Shown piece after piece: positions 42,405 through 54,857 of a stretch of 64,000 nucleotides of DNA; positions within the stretch are counted from its first letter, which is position 1; the number at the start of each line of letters is the position of its first letter. The position numbers and the translations under genes were made by a program. Under the pieces are notes generated by a model. The model worked only from the letters and a program-made list of their open reading frames with translations. It did no database searches and was not told where the DNA came from. The DNA lies in contig OZ024748.1 of NCBI GenBank assembly GCA_964016885.1, positions 15,314,001 to 15,378,000 of the forward strand. Reading direction: 5' to 3'. This DNA comes from Eledone cirrhosa (lineage: Eukaryota).

Positions 42405-43751
42405 AACATATTTATATATATATATACCCACTCTGCATCTCATCCTGTATTGAGTACTTCCATGATTACTGGTCTCCCCACTGCAGACTCTATAGATATA
42501 CATATATAAGTCCACTGCTCTCACAATTCTACCACAACTCACCCTAGTGTATATATTATATATCAGTATATTCTTTTTCATTTGAAACTATGGAGGTAGG
42601 TTAGAAATACAGGAGTCAATATGTATTTTATATATTGGTTTTTATTTGTGATTCACTTTACAAGAACATGTTTTCATAGTGACTTCTTACAAGGCTTTTG
42701 TTATCATTATTGTTATTTTTTCTTTACTTTTTTCTATTGTATAACTATGAATACATATGTTGTAGCAATGTTACTAGCTTTTCATTGATTTAACTGCTGT
42801 ATACCAGATGGTTTTGTATCAACGAATCAACAATCTGTCTTGTTTAGTTGACAGCAGCTTTTTCCTTGCCCTTTTACTGTATAAAAATCATCGCCAGATG
42901 TAAAGAGCATACATCAACAACAATAACAATAACAACCATGATAGCAATAACTCTGACGATGTCAATGATGATGATGAATTCTTTTGTACACTAATTTATT
43001 TATTGTTTATTGCTCATCACAAGTTTCAGTTATAAAAAAAAATACAAAATATAAATGCAAAATAAAAATACAAAATAAAAATGAAAAATAAAAATGCAAA
43101 ATAAAAATACAAAATAAAGAAAAAGATGAAACAAAAAAAACTGTAGTCGTATTATTATTATTTGTTTTATTATTATTATTAATGGTAGTAGCAGTAGTAG
43201 TGGTGGTGGTTGGGGGTAGTAGTAGTAGTAAATGGAGGGATAACAAGCTTAAATCTGGCTGCAAGATTCGAAAACAAGTATTTTAGGGGCGGGAGAGTGG
43301 TTTCGTGTTGCAACCATTAGATGTAAATATAAGGTAATTGTAGAATATGACAATTTATGAAGACCAGAAAGAAAAACAAAGTATTGGGGATATTAAGAAA
43401 AGGATAACACTTTTAATACAATTATATACTAAATTATTGTCTAAAACACACATTTCACAAAACAACTTTGTTTTTGTGTCAAACAACTATCATAACAGGG
43501 AAGTGAAACATTGTTTGGGAAATCTTGGGTGTGAATGCCTGCACGTGTGTGTGTTCATGCATGTGCATGTATGTGTGTGCATACATGCATGCCCGCTTGT
43601 GTGTATGCATCCCTCTAATACAATAAACTTGTCAGAAATGGTAGGTATAAATGTTGAACTATCTAATTTGAGAATCAAATTTGAGTCACAGCTTCATCAT
43701 CTTCATTCTTGTTTAACATCAGTTTTCCCTATTTTATTTATATATATATAT

Positions 43752-43962
43752 GATCACTGGGTGAAGAAGTGCCAGGAAATCCCAGTGGAAGGAAGCCGTA
43801 GTGTAGAGGTAGACCAAGAAAGCCCTGGGCAGAGGTGGTGAAAGCTTGTCTCAAATCATTGTGACTCACAGAGGAGATGACAAAGGATGGAATGATTGGA
43901 GAGCTCCTGTTCTGAGAAGGACCCATCCAACTCATGCATGGAAAAACATTACGGTGATGATG
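43752..43962 (+). mobile_element. RTE LINE 3' end
   Basis: DHWVKKCQEIPVEGS, GRPRKPWAEVVK, then catgcatggaaaaa and (GAT)n. Confidence 0.8.
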
Positions 43963-43968
43963 AATATA

Positions 43969-44297
43969 CATGGCTTAGTGGTTAGAGCATTGGCCTTGCA
44001 ATCGAAAGGTTGTGAGTTCAATTCTCAGACCGGGTGATATGTTGTTTCCTTGAGCAAGACACTTTATTTCACATTGCTCCAGTTTACTCAGCTGTAGAAA
44101 TGGGATGATAGGGACTGGGGTCCCTATCATTCCACTGTAAAGTGGACGTGGAGGTGCCATGGCAAAAAAAGCACCCAGCACTGTAAATGAGGTTGGTGTT
44201 AGGAAGGGCATCCAGCTGTAAAAATCAAGCCAGAATCAGTTCCCGTCCCACCCTTGCAAGCAGGGAAAAGCGGACGTAAAATGATGATGATGATGAT
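43969..44297 (+). mobile_element. tRNA-derived CORE-like SINE with RTE-type tail, family B
   Basis: A-box tggcttagtgg, B-box gagttcaattc, ccttgagcaagacactttatttcacattgctccag, tail ...ggacgtaaaa(tga)n. Confidence 0.9.
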
Positions 44298-45949
44298 ATA
44301 TGCAAGAGCTAATGAGGGAGCTAGTATGTGGTTATTCAACCCATGAGGGAATAACAAATAAAGTCACTCCAATCACACCCTATTATTTTAGTGGTCCTGG
44401 AATCCCTGAACACAGGCAAAAGATGAAATAGCCATAACTGGAATGTCTTTCATTATAGGTTTGCTCTATTGGGGCTAAACATAAACACTGAAATACATGC
44501 ACACATGCACACATACTCATTCACTCACTCTTCTACTATATATATCATTATCACTGTCATTGTTTTAATATCGGACCACTGTCACCCCTTGATAAAACAA
44601 CATACTAAGAAAATATAGTACAGGTGAATTGCAAATATATTATCTAAGTATACATGCGTAGTTATGGATACAATATGGCTTGAATGATTAAGAAGTTTGC
44701 TATGAAATTATATGTTCTTGGGATCAATCCCACTAAATGACATGTAGAGGATGTGCCATATATGATAACTTCCAACTGACTTAGCTTTCTGAGTGAAATT
44801 GGGTACATGGAAACTGTTTGGAAGCTCATCAGATGAACTATATTTGTAATTGAAACAACCAAGGTTGTTGCACATTGTCACAATTTCATTGTGCATTAAT
44901 TAAAGGGCATACATATGTTTGTGAAATACTCAGCCAACATACTAATTAATTTCATGAGCACAATGTTCCTTGGACTAAACAACTACAATAGTCATCCTTA
45001 AAACCAACAAAGGTCTATTCCATTATTTCTCAGCTCTCAAAATACTTTCTCAACATGTCCTTACTTAACCTATTGAAAACCGTATCTCAAATAAAATATA
45101 CTGCCTATGGTTTTTAAATATCTTGAAAATAATCATATATATGGATAGATTTTTTAATACAATTAACTTTATCATTATTAAATTCAAATTCAGCACAAAA
45201 AAACAAAAATGCAAAATCAAAATTGTGAACCACTCATCATTGAAAATGAAGAACATCCATTCAATATTATTTCATTCCATTTCACATATGTAGTCCTTTC
45301 AATGATGAAAACTGCATGAAATAAATCCCATTATATACATATATCTTTTTAGAAGTTGACATTTTCTTCTTACATATAAGCAATGAAGTAGTTACTTCAG
45401 ATCAAGTTGGTAATATAAAAACTACACAAGGCAACTTGTCTGAATTTTTAACTCACTTCCATTAAAGTAGATTTTGCTATTAACACCATGATAAAGAGAA
45501 GTAAGATGCTGCCAAAATAAATTGATTTCAGAAATAAATTGATTTCAGAAGTGACAATAAGTATGAGGAAAATTTGCAACATAAAATTGAAACCTTAAGG
45601 AACTCCTTGTCAAGAAATGTGATTTTTATTTTCAGTAAATTCAATCTACCACTGCTCACTCCTTACATCTGAGCTGTGAAACATCAATATGCATGTTACA
45701 AACACATTGGCTGAAAACATTAACTTTCTATAAGAGTAAACTGACTCACATAGTACAAAGAAAATTATTTCCACTATATTGTGTCAAGGAACAACAGCAA
45801 GATTTCTTAGTTTGTAACTTAAAGAATGAATGCCATTTTGACCTTAACTAAAAGCCACATTTACTTTTATGACTATGTACGAATATTTTTCAAAGAAGAA
45901 TCCTAGATTAGCTTAACTACAAGCAGCACAAAAATCAACCTCTGGAATG

Positions 45950-46350
45950 TAACACTTTAATCTGATTAGTGCAGAAGTTATACATAGCAGAAAGTCAAAA
46001 CTGCTTTTCTGAACGATTAATATGGTTTTGAATAGCTTGCTTTCTTGGAAACAAATCAGCCGATAAGTACTGATAAATCTCACACAAAACACTGAAGCAA
46101 GTGAACAAAAATTATTGATCAGAATATATGAAAGTCACTTACATTGTATTTTTATGTTTCACTAGAAGAAAGTGTATATTAATGATTTGCTCTGTGTGTC
46201 ATAGAGAGAGTCTTTAGTTGTTGCAAAGAATTATCAGTGAGAACCATTCAACAGGAACTCTTTTGACAACCGATTCTTTATCAAAACCATTGCCAGTGAA
46301 TTGGCTATAGAATCCCTTGCTGAAAGAGAGCCTGATTCTCGTTGGATGAA
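45950..46350 (+). pseudogene. Probable hAT transposase fossil
   Basis: Ordered fragments LLSWKQI/ISTD, CHRESL, then NRFFIKTIASEL...PDSRW, matching hAT motifs STDG, CxxH and RW, with stops and frameshifts. Confidence 0.45.
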
Positions 46351-48267
46351 AGTAAGACAAAATAGTGTCCCAACAATCATAATCATCCATTTATGTCTGC
46401 TTTTCCATACTTGCATGGAGTGGATTGGTCTTCTGCAGTACAGCCTGCTCCAACTCATTGTGTTCTATTATGATCATGATCTTCTCTGTGAGGTTCAATG
46501 CTTTGAGATCAACTTTTCCAGCTTCTTTGAAGACCCGGCTAGCCAATGCAAGCAGGGAAAGTGTACGTTAAATGATGATGATGATGAATGCTGTATAACT
46601 AAATAGTTAAGAATTTGCTTTGCAACAATTGGGTCCTCAATTCATTCCAACTGTGTTATATCTTGGACAAATGTTTTCTACCTAAGCTTTCATTTACCAA
46701 CGTTTCGTGGGGGAGAATACGTGGATAGGAACTGTTTTGAAGACTATCAAATGGAGAGCTGGCCTTGTTACACAATGTGCCACACTGAATTTCCCTGAGA
46801 ATTATATTAAGGGTACACATGTCTGTGGAATACTTAGCTATTTACATGTTAACTCTTAAAGGTATATAACGAGTTAGCACAAAATATCTAAAAGTGGGTT
46901 TAATCAATTGATCAGAGCTATATTTAATCAATTGATCAGAGCTATATAACAATTATAAATATGAAGAGAAAATAGACAAAATAAACCTAATTTTTTTTCA
47001 AAGTCCTGACTGTAGAGTTTCACTGAGTGGTAGCAGCCAGAATGTAACTAAAGTGCAGCAGGGTCATGAGGCTATTGGCTTTTCAATGAAAGGGCGAATT
47101 CTTGAACTGACCACTACAAGTGTAAAATTTTCGAGAGGGAGAATTATTGCATGGTATAACAGTCACAATTATTATGGTATCTTTACTTGTGGAAATCATC
47201 ATGGAAATTTATAGTATTAAAGTAAAGGCTTATTATTCATATCATTAGAGAAAAGGTTAATCCTCCATATTATATCCTTAGTGCTGCATTATTTAAATAA
47301 TATTACATAAACTCTTATTGTAGCCCTAATCTCCATTTGTCTTCCTTTCTTTCTTGTCATTTCTATGTGCCAACATACTTCTCCCCCTCCTCTCTCAATA
47401 GTTTCTATTTGTCACTCACCTCACAACTTACTTTTCTCTTTACTGGCCACTAATTTCTGTCCTTACCTGACTTACACGCAGTCATTAACAACATTTAGCT
47501 GTTTTAACGGCTATTCTTGCATTTGAGTTTTCAAATTCTTTTATGAATTTTAAATAACCTGTTTTAGGGGAAACTTTTACAACAAGACATTTTATTTTAG
47601 TATATGATTTTTTAACATTGGTATTGCTTTTGTATAAAAAAAAAGGCACTAAGAATAAATATACTTCCTGGAATATATATTTTAAAAAACGATAAAGGGA
47701 TGCAGTCACAGCACTGTTTTGTAATTTTCAAGAATGCCTTGCTAATTCAGTTTTGGTGGTACAGGATATTAAGAGATAATTTAACAAGAAAGCCATTACA
47801 TTCCTTTAACAACTGTAATACTGATCGTCAAAACTAACAGATCCTTTCTAGACCCTTCAGCTATAACCAAACATCATAACAACTCTGCTATCCATAACCC
47901 TGCTTTAGTGATGGCATGGTGATTTATAATAAAAATAGCTACGTAGTATATACAACACAAGTTCTGGGGTTGCACCATATTATAAAGTGTTAAAACATTT
48001 GTTTAAACAGCATGTATATATGTTTAGTGTATAATAATACCATGGAAACATACACACACACATTTTTTTTTAATGTTATGTATATATTTCTATGTTTGTT
48101 TCAACCAATTTAGTGAATATTCTGATCTCTGAGCAAATTTCCAATTATATATTGCTAAACAAAATTTTTATGAAAGTTAGTAGCATGCTTGGAATGCTGA
48201 AACTAGTTATTCAATGTAATGTCATATTATATATATATATATTTATCAGTATTCAAATCATGCTAGC

Positions 48268-48286
48268 AATATATATATATATATAG

Positions 48287-48329
<43 letters not shown>

Positions 48330-48336
48330 TATATAG

Positions 48337-48387
<51 letters not shown>

Positions 48388-48407
48388 TATATATATAGTT
48401 ATTTATT

Positions 48408-48451
<44 letters not shown>

Positions 48452-48469
48452 TATATATAGTTATTTATT

Positions 48470-48515
<46 letters not shown>

Positions 48516-48570
48516 TATATATAGTTATTTATTTATATATATGAATATATATATATATATGTATATATAT
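48268..48570. repeat. Minisatellite of (TA)n plus gttatttattt units
   Basis: atagttatttattt repeated about five times. Confidence 0.9.
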
Positions 48571-48580
48571 ATTATAGAAA

Positions 48581-48631
48581 AGCTTCAACAGGACTAGAAC
48601 TGTTTCATTCTTGCGAAATCATCAGGAAGCT
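48581..48631 (-). ncRNA. Type I hammerhead ribozyme motif (antisense twin)
   Basis: AGCTTC-CTGATGA-T-TTC(GCAA)GAA-T-GAAA-CAG(TTCTAGTC)CTG-TT-GAAGCT. Confidence 0.75.
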
Positions 48632-48678
48632 TCCTGATGATTTCGCATGAATGAAACAGTTCTAGTCCTGTAGAAGCT
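48628..48678 (+). ncRNA. Type I hammerhead ribozyme motif
   Basis: AGCTTC-CTGATGA-T-TTC(GCAT)GAA-T-GAAA-CAG(TTCTAGTC)CTG-TA-GAAGCT; three helices and full core; predicted cleavage after GUA at 48672. Confidence 0.8.
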
Positions 48679-48759
48679 CTTCTATATTAAACATTTATAC
48701 TTTGCATTGTATTGAGTACCTTACATACTGTGGTTACCTCCGATTGAACCCGGATTAAC

Positions 48760-48791
<32 letters not shown>

Positions 48792-49424
48792 ATTTATTTA
48801 TATATATGAATTTGTGTGTGTATATATATATATATTAAAACACACACACACATATATATATATATATATTCTATTATCATGTTTCAGTGATAAATTCACT
48901 CATTGGTGGGGATTTAGATTCTGTCTGATAAGATTACTTTTAGATGATAAAATTTAAATCATGTGTCATGTATTATGTATATTGAAGTTTATGAAAAAAC
49001 AAAAACAAAAAAGAGTTATAGTTGACTAAATTCTTTTTAGTTTTAGCTAGAACTATATTGATGGTAGTACACACATAAATGTATGGAGGGGTCGCAGCAG
49101 ATGAAGATAAAAGTTTGTCTCTCTCAGATGAATAATTTTAACTTTGTTTTCTCTCTCTCATGCAGAACTGTTCTGCATTTTGAGCAAAACAAACTCTCAT
49201 TGTGTCTGAATTGCTCTTTTGTTGTTGTTGTTTTTTTATGTCTAAGCTAAGAACGCCAGACACAGAACATTCCATTCCAGGAGGATCTTAGACATTCAGG
49301 AACCACAGAGAGAGGAGTGGTGATAACTGCAACAGCTCAAGTGTACTGGCATAAGATTACATGCTTTGTGCACATCAAGGCATGAGAAAACCTCAGACTG
49401 AAAATAAAAAGTCTGAAAACTAAG

Positions 49425-49730
49425 GACAGCCTCCATGACTTTAATAAGGCCTCATAGAGTAGAGTGAGGTAAAGGAAAGAGAAACCATGATTCATGAGAC
49501 ACTGCAATAGGAAATAGTGGATTAAAATATTAAGGTAGTTTCTGACCCAAAACATGGTCTGAATGCTTAGAATAGATAGCCTCCATGACTTTTATAAGGC
49601 CTCACAGATTGGGGTGAGGAAAAGGAAGGAGAAACCATGATGTATGAGACACTGCAATAGGAAATAGTGGATTAATATATTGAGGTAGTTTCAGACAAGA
49701 AACATGGTTCAAAGACTTACAATAGAATAG
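49425..49730. repeat. ~150-bp tandem duplication
   Basis: agcctccatgacttt...atgagacactgcaataggaaatagtggattaa...aaacatggt twice. Confidence 0.9.
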
Positions 49731-49955
49731 ACTCAGATATAAAGAACTGAAGCACCAGGTGTCAGTGTTATTGATAATTATTTCAACATCCATCTTATGG
49801 AAGAAACAAAACAGTGCATCAAAATATTGAGTTGTTGTCAGACCAGAGATAAATGTGCATATAATGTATATATGTATTATATGTATATAGACACACATAT
49901 ACACGCCCTTATACATAAACATATATACATACACTGATATACAAACACACACATT

Positions 49956-49989
<34 letters not shown>

Positions 49990-50896
49990 CACCCATATAT
50001 ATATTCACACAAATACAGACACATACATACATACATACACACACACATATATATATACACCCATACATTCAGAAATATCTGTGAATGTTTACCATCTACA
50101 ATAGACGACCAGCATTAGTACAATACCACAATACCACTATCTACTCACTCCAATATAGCATCAATTAACGTTTTCAACATAATAAACAAAACATTTCTAT
50201 ATTTGGACACTTAACACTGAAGACAATGGCCTTTACGTGGTATAGACTCAAAACAACGAAATATACTAAACTATTTTCAGAATTTACAATGTATCAGTAA
50301 TATAACTTTTAATTGATGAAATAAGTTAGAATTTTTAATAATTATGGGATATAAAAATCTATAAATAATTATGTTTTGCAAAAGAAGATTTGTTTCCAGA
50401 TCTAAGTGTTTCTTTAAGAATAAAATGCTTTCCACATACTATTGATAGTGAAAGGCTGTCAAATATTTTCCATAAACATCCTGTATATTATTTGATATAC
50501 ATCACATACATAAATGCATATAACACTATGTTGGAGCACCAATACTAATTCTTTTAATTTGCGAAGCCAGCTGCCACTCCATCAGCTCATATGCATAAGC
50601 ATGAAATCTATAAGATTCTAGCTTGTTTTTGACTCGGCGGAATCTAGGTGGATGCGTAACTTTCACAACCACAAATAAGCAAGAAACAACGTTGTCAGTT
50701 ACTTCCCCCTTGTTTTTGCTAAGGCAAGGATGTGTGACAGTAGACTCAACCTTAAAAATTTATAGCGAAAGGCTCTCAAATGTTTTCCATAAACATCCGT
50801 TATATTAATCAATATACAACATACATGCGTGTGTGTATATATATATATAATAGATGGATGCCCAATGTATATCAAGAAGTGACCACAGTTAAATAA

Positions 50897-50968
50897 GTAA
50901 GAAATCATCAAGAAAATCCTGATAATTTCTTACAAATGAAACGGTTCTAGTCTTGTCGAAGTCATTTT
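50897..50968 (+). mobile_element. Decayed copy of the 48573 hammerhead element with short fold-back
   Basis: gtaagaaatcatcaag...cctgataatttcttacaaatgaaacggttctagtcttgtcgaagtcattt. Confidence 0.7.
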
Positions 50969-51710
50969 GAAAAATATATATATACATATATATATATATA
51001 CACATATATACACACACACTATATATATATACATACACAGATTATCAGTTATGTTCTTGTGAAAGATGACAGATGGTAAAATGAGGAAAAATAGATGATA
51101 TGATAAACTCCGAATATAAAACACAAGTACTACTTTCTCTCTATAACACCTCACAATTATCTAGCCGAACAATACAGCATTTCAGTGGAAAATGAAAAGT
51201 GTATGAGATATCATCCTAGCAATCTATATAGATTCACTGCCATGTAAGCCAATGAGTATTCATCTTTTAGTTAAGATATAAATATCTATGATAGCATTCA
51301 TCAACTGATTGAGCACAAGAAAAGTTGATCTGTTAATAATTCCTTGTGTTGGGTGAAGTACACAGGTTATCAGATAAACAAGATAAAAAGACATTTTACG
51401 TAGGCTGAGTGGCAATAATAGAAACTGAATCTTAGATTTTCTAGTTTGTGTCAGATTTTAATAATTGCAGTCTCCATTCTGACACTATGCTTATTGTCTA
51501 CGTTTACATTCAACAACTATACTATTTTTTCTATAGTGAAAGACATGAGACATTGTGGTTAGAGTGTTGATCTAATGATCATAAGGTTGTATGAAGATTA
51601 GTGGAAGTTAACCTTGTAACAGATTGATATCCTATACAGGAGTTGGAGTCTTGTAATCTCAGTTACTTAACCCTTGTTTTACTATATTATCATATTATGC
51701 TTGAGATCAT

Positions 51711-51906
51711 GGATGGTGGATTGGCAATATCGGTAGAGCATCAAACACATATGCTTTGCAGCATAGACTTCTGGCTCTTTATGTACTGAGTTCAAATCCC
51801 ACCGAAGTTAACTTTGCCTTTCATATTCACAGGGTCAATAAAATAAAGTACCAGTCATGCACTGGGTAATTGCTAGCGTTGTGCCAAAAGTAGGAAATTA
51901 TTATTA
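51711..51906 (+). mobile_element. Family A SINE nested in a piggyBac-like MITE (~51667-52260)
   Basis: Full head, core and tail; ttaacccttg upstream and MITE-family sequence downstream. Confidence 0.85.
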
Positions 51907-53787
51907 AGAACATATGTACATATTTATGACAATATCTTGCAATAGATTCTTATATAAAATTATATTGGAAGATTTCAATTTAAATAGGAACCCTTTAAAT
52001 GGGTGCTTTTGCATAACCATTTCATGGCCATATTTCTAATGAACTACACTCTATTTCACTTAATTATTGAAGAATTTTGAAGGATTTACTAAAGTTAATG
52101 TAAGGTTCTTATATAAAATCATTTTGAAAGATTTTAATTTAAATTGGAAAACTTTAAAATGGGTGATTTTATTTCACAGAATCAGAGCTGGTTTTGGCTG
52201 GATTGATGACCAAAGGTTGAACCAGTGCTGGCTTTGGCCAAATTGATAGCAAAAGATTTAACTGTTTTTTTTTAAAATTCCAACACTACTTTTCTTGTCT
52301 ACATTAGTATTCAACAACTATACTAATTTTTCCACAATGATATATTATATACAATGCAATATAAAAGAAATTCATTTTCCTATTCCTCATTACTTCGTTC
52401 AATAATCAAATATTCTCAGAATCACTGGAAGTATGTACAATTCCAATTAGTAATTGAAATTAAATATTTTTAATTTTTTTTTTTTTCCTTCATTTGAATG
52501 AACGTAGTGTAGCAGAAATTTCACTAAAAGCATTCTACAGAGTGATGTTATAAAATTTGCATAATTTTAAACTTGTTTCTTGTTTTTCTGTGATGCCATT
52601 TGAAAAATTCTATAAATTAGTCTTTCATCATTTTTATTCTTCCTTTAAACTAATTCATGAAATGCTTCAATCTGTGAATATTAATCCTTTAAAAAGAATA
52701 AAACATCAATTTCTAACGAGATAATAAATTGCTATGCTAATGACAATAGCAATAAATTACTATGAAAATAATGGCATAAGATTAGAAAGAGAAAAAATGA
52801 CACTGAGAGAGAATATATTATTGGACTAACTGTTGAAGAATCAACTTCCTGACCCAATTTAGATATTTTAATATGTATCTAGGTTATAGCAATTCATTTA
52901 ATTCTTTACATCCTAGACCACATAAAACCACATTAGCAAGACATTCTTAAAAAGTATAAAACAACATTATGACTGCACCACATTAACAATTGAAATCTTT
53001 ATCCTGAAACTGAAAGTTTTTACAATGAAATGTTGGTTAGAAAGGATACTATAAACATTTCAATTAACAAACCATATGAAACACTATTAGCAATAATTTG
53101 GAAGGTGGATCATAGTTTGATTTAGCCGGAGTCATGCGTGCAGATTGGTGTTTGGCTTAGAGTGTTTGCTCAGTGTTTTGTGGATTGAGTGAAGCAATAA
53201 TTGCCTTATTTACATATATATAAAGATGGAATACTTACAAATCCATATGTCATTCTATAATTTTTTTTTTTTTTCAGATAAGAAAAGAGTAAGCAATCTG
53301 TTTCAAGCTTTCACTCTAATTGGAGTTATCCTCTAAGACAATATACAACTCTCTCTTTCTGTCCAGAGAAATATGTAAATAATGGCTTTATATGCCCACC
53401 AATTAATGTAGTACTGGCAAACGAGAAAAACCAATTAGCATAATAAGTGCTTACACTGGGAGCTAATTCAATCAGATATTAGATTGTATACTAAGCAGCT
53501 GAGATGTACATATTCATCTCTCTCTTTCTCTCTCTCTCTCTCTATATATATATACACACATATATATATACCCACACATATATATACACACACACTAAAA
53601 TGAGATGTATGTGTCTATCTATGTGTGTGTGCATGTATGTGTATATACAAAGAAAGAGAGAGAGAGAGATTATATAGATACATAGACTGAATTGTGTATT
53701 TATAAATACATAAATGACAAGAAACAATTATTGATGTGGTGACTCTATATTTGCATATACATATATATAATGAATAAAATATACACA

Positions 53788-53823
<36 letters not shown>

Positions 53824-54023
53824 GTAATGAGTATAATCGAAGTTGCAGCTGGAAGTAGCAGATTCGTTCTGATCTTCAAAAGCTGTCACAAAGCACTCAA
53901 TGAGACAGTAATTAATAACTTTCTCCGCAGAGTGAACACAAGAGGCTTACATATCCCATGCTAGCGTGGAAAAATGCATTTTAAATAATGATGATGATGA
54001 TATATATATATATATATATATAT

Positions 54024-54364
54024 ATCATCATCAATTCATTTTACGTCCGCTTTTTCCCTGCTTGCAAGGGCGGGACGGTAACTGATTTTGGCTTGATTTC
54101 TACAGCTGGATGCCCTTCCTAACACCAACCTCATTTACAGTGAGTGCTGGGTGCTTTTTTTGCCGTGGCACCTACACGACCACTTTGCAGTGGAATGATA
54201 TGGACCCCAGTCCCTATCATCTCATTTCTACAGCTGAGTAAACTGGAGCAATGTGAAATAAAGTGTCTTGCTCAAGGAAACAACACATCACCCGGTCTGA
54301 GAATTGAACTCACAACCTTTCGATTGCAAGGCCAATGTTCTAACCACTAAGCCATGTGCCTCCA
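54024..54364 (-). mobile_element. Family B SINE, full length
   Basis: Close reverse-complement match to 43969-44297 including the 5' end tggaggcacatggc. Confidence 0.9.
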
Positions 54365-54394
54365 TATATATATATATATTATATAGACAATATA

Positions 54395-54681
54395 CCCCCA
54401 TCCCCTCCCACTTTTAAGTGGTCGTGTAGGTGTCACGACAAAAAAGCACCCAGCTCACACTGTAAAGTGGTCGTGTAGGCACCATGGAAGAAAAGCACCC
54501 ACCACTCCCTGTAAATGATGTTGGTGTTAGGAAGGGCATCCAGCTGTAGAAAGCAAGCTAAAATCAGTTCCCATATGAGCAAGACAAGGTCACTCGACCT
54601 GACACTGCATTGCCCACAACAGGACAACCCGTCTAACCCATGCTAGCATGGAAGAATGGACATAAAACAGTGATGATGATA
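54395..54681 (+). mobile_element. RTE-type 3' UTR copy
   Basis: Aligns by eye with 55300-55560; ends in (GAT)n. Confidence 0.75.
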
Positions 54682-54857
54682 TATATATATATAAATCAGG
54701 ATAAATTCAATTTGAAACAGGTAAGACCATTACGCAAGAGAGTACTCAATTGAACGGCTAGTTCAACTTGAACAGCTAGTTCCATTCTGAGTCTAGAACT
54801 AGCCGTTGAAATGGAAGAACTCAGTATATATATATATATATACGTAATAGTAATATA

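Larger units (their letters stand above)
48573..48760 (+). mobile_element. Fold-back element with twin hammerheads, probably a Penelope-like element terminus
   Basis: 114-bp palindrome plus ~75-bp unique tail; homologues at 42213, 50897 and 4180; set in (TA)n. Confidence 0.75.

Noticed and set aside
43969-44035. tRNA gene
   Set aside because: A/B boxes belong to a SINE head; the anticodon and acceptor stems do not pair properly
46255-46350. Host exon ending at AAA|GTAAGA
   Set aside because: Better explained as part of a decayed hAT transposase; not fully excluded
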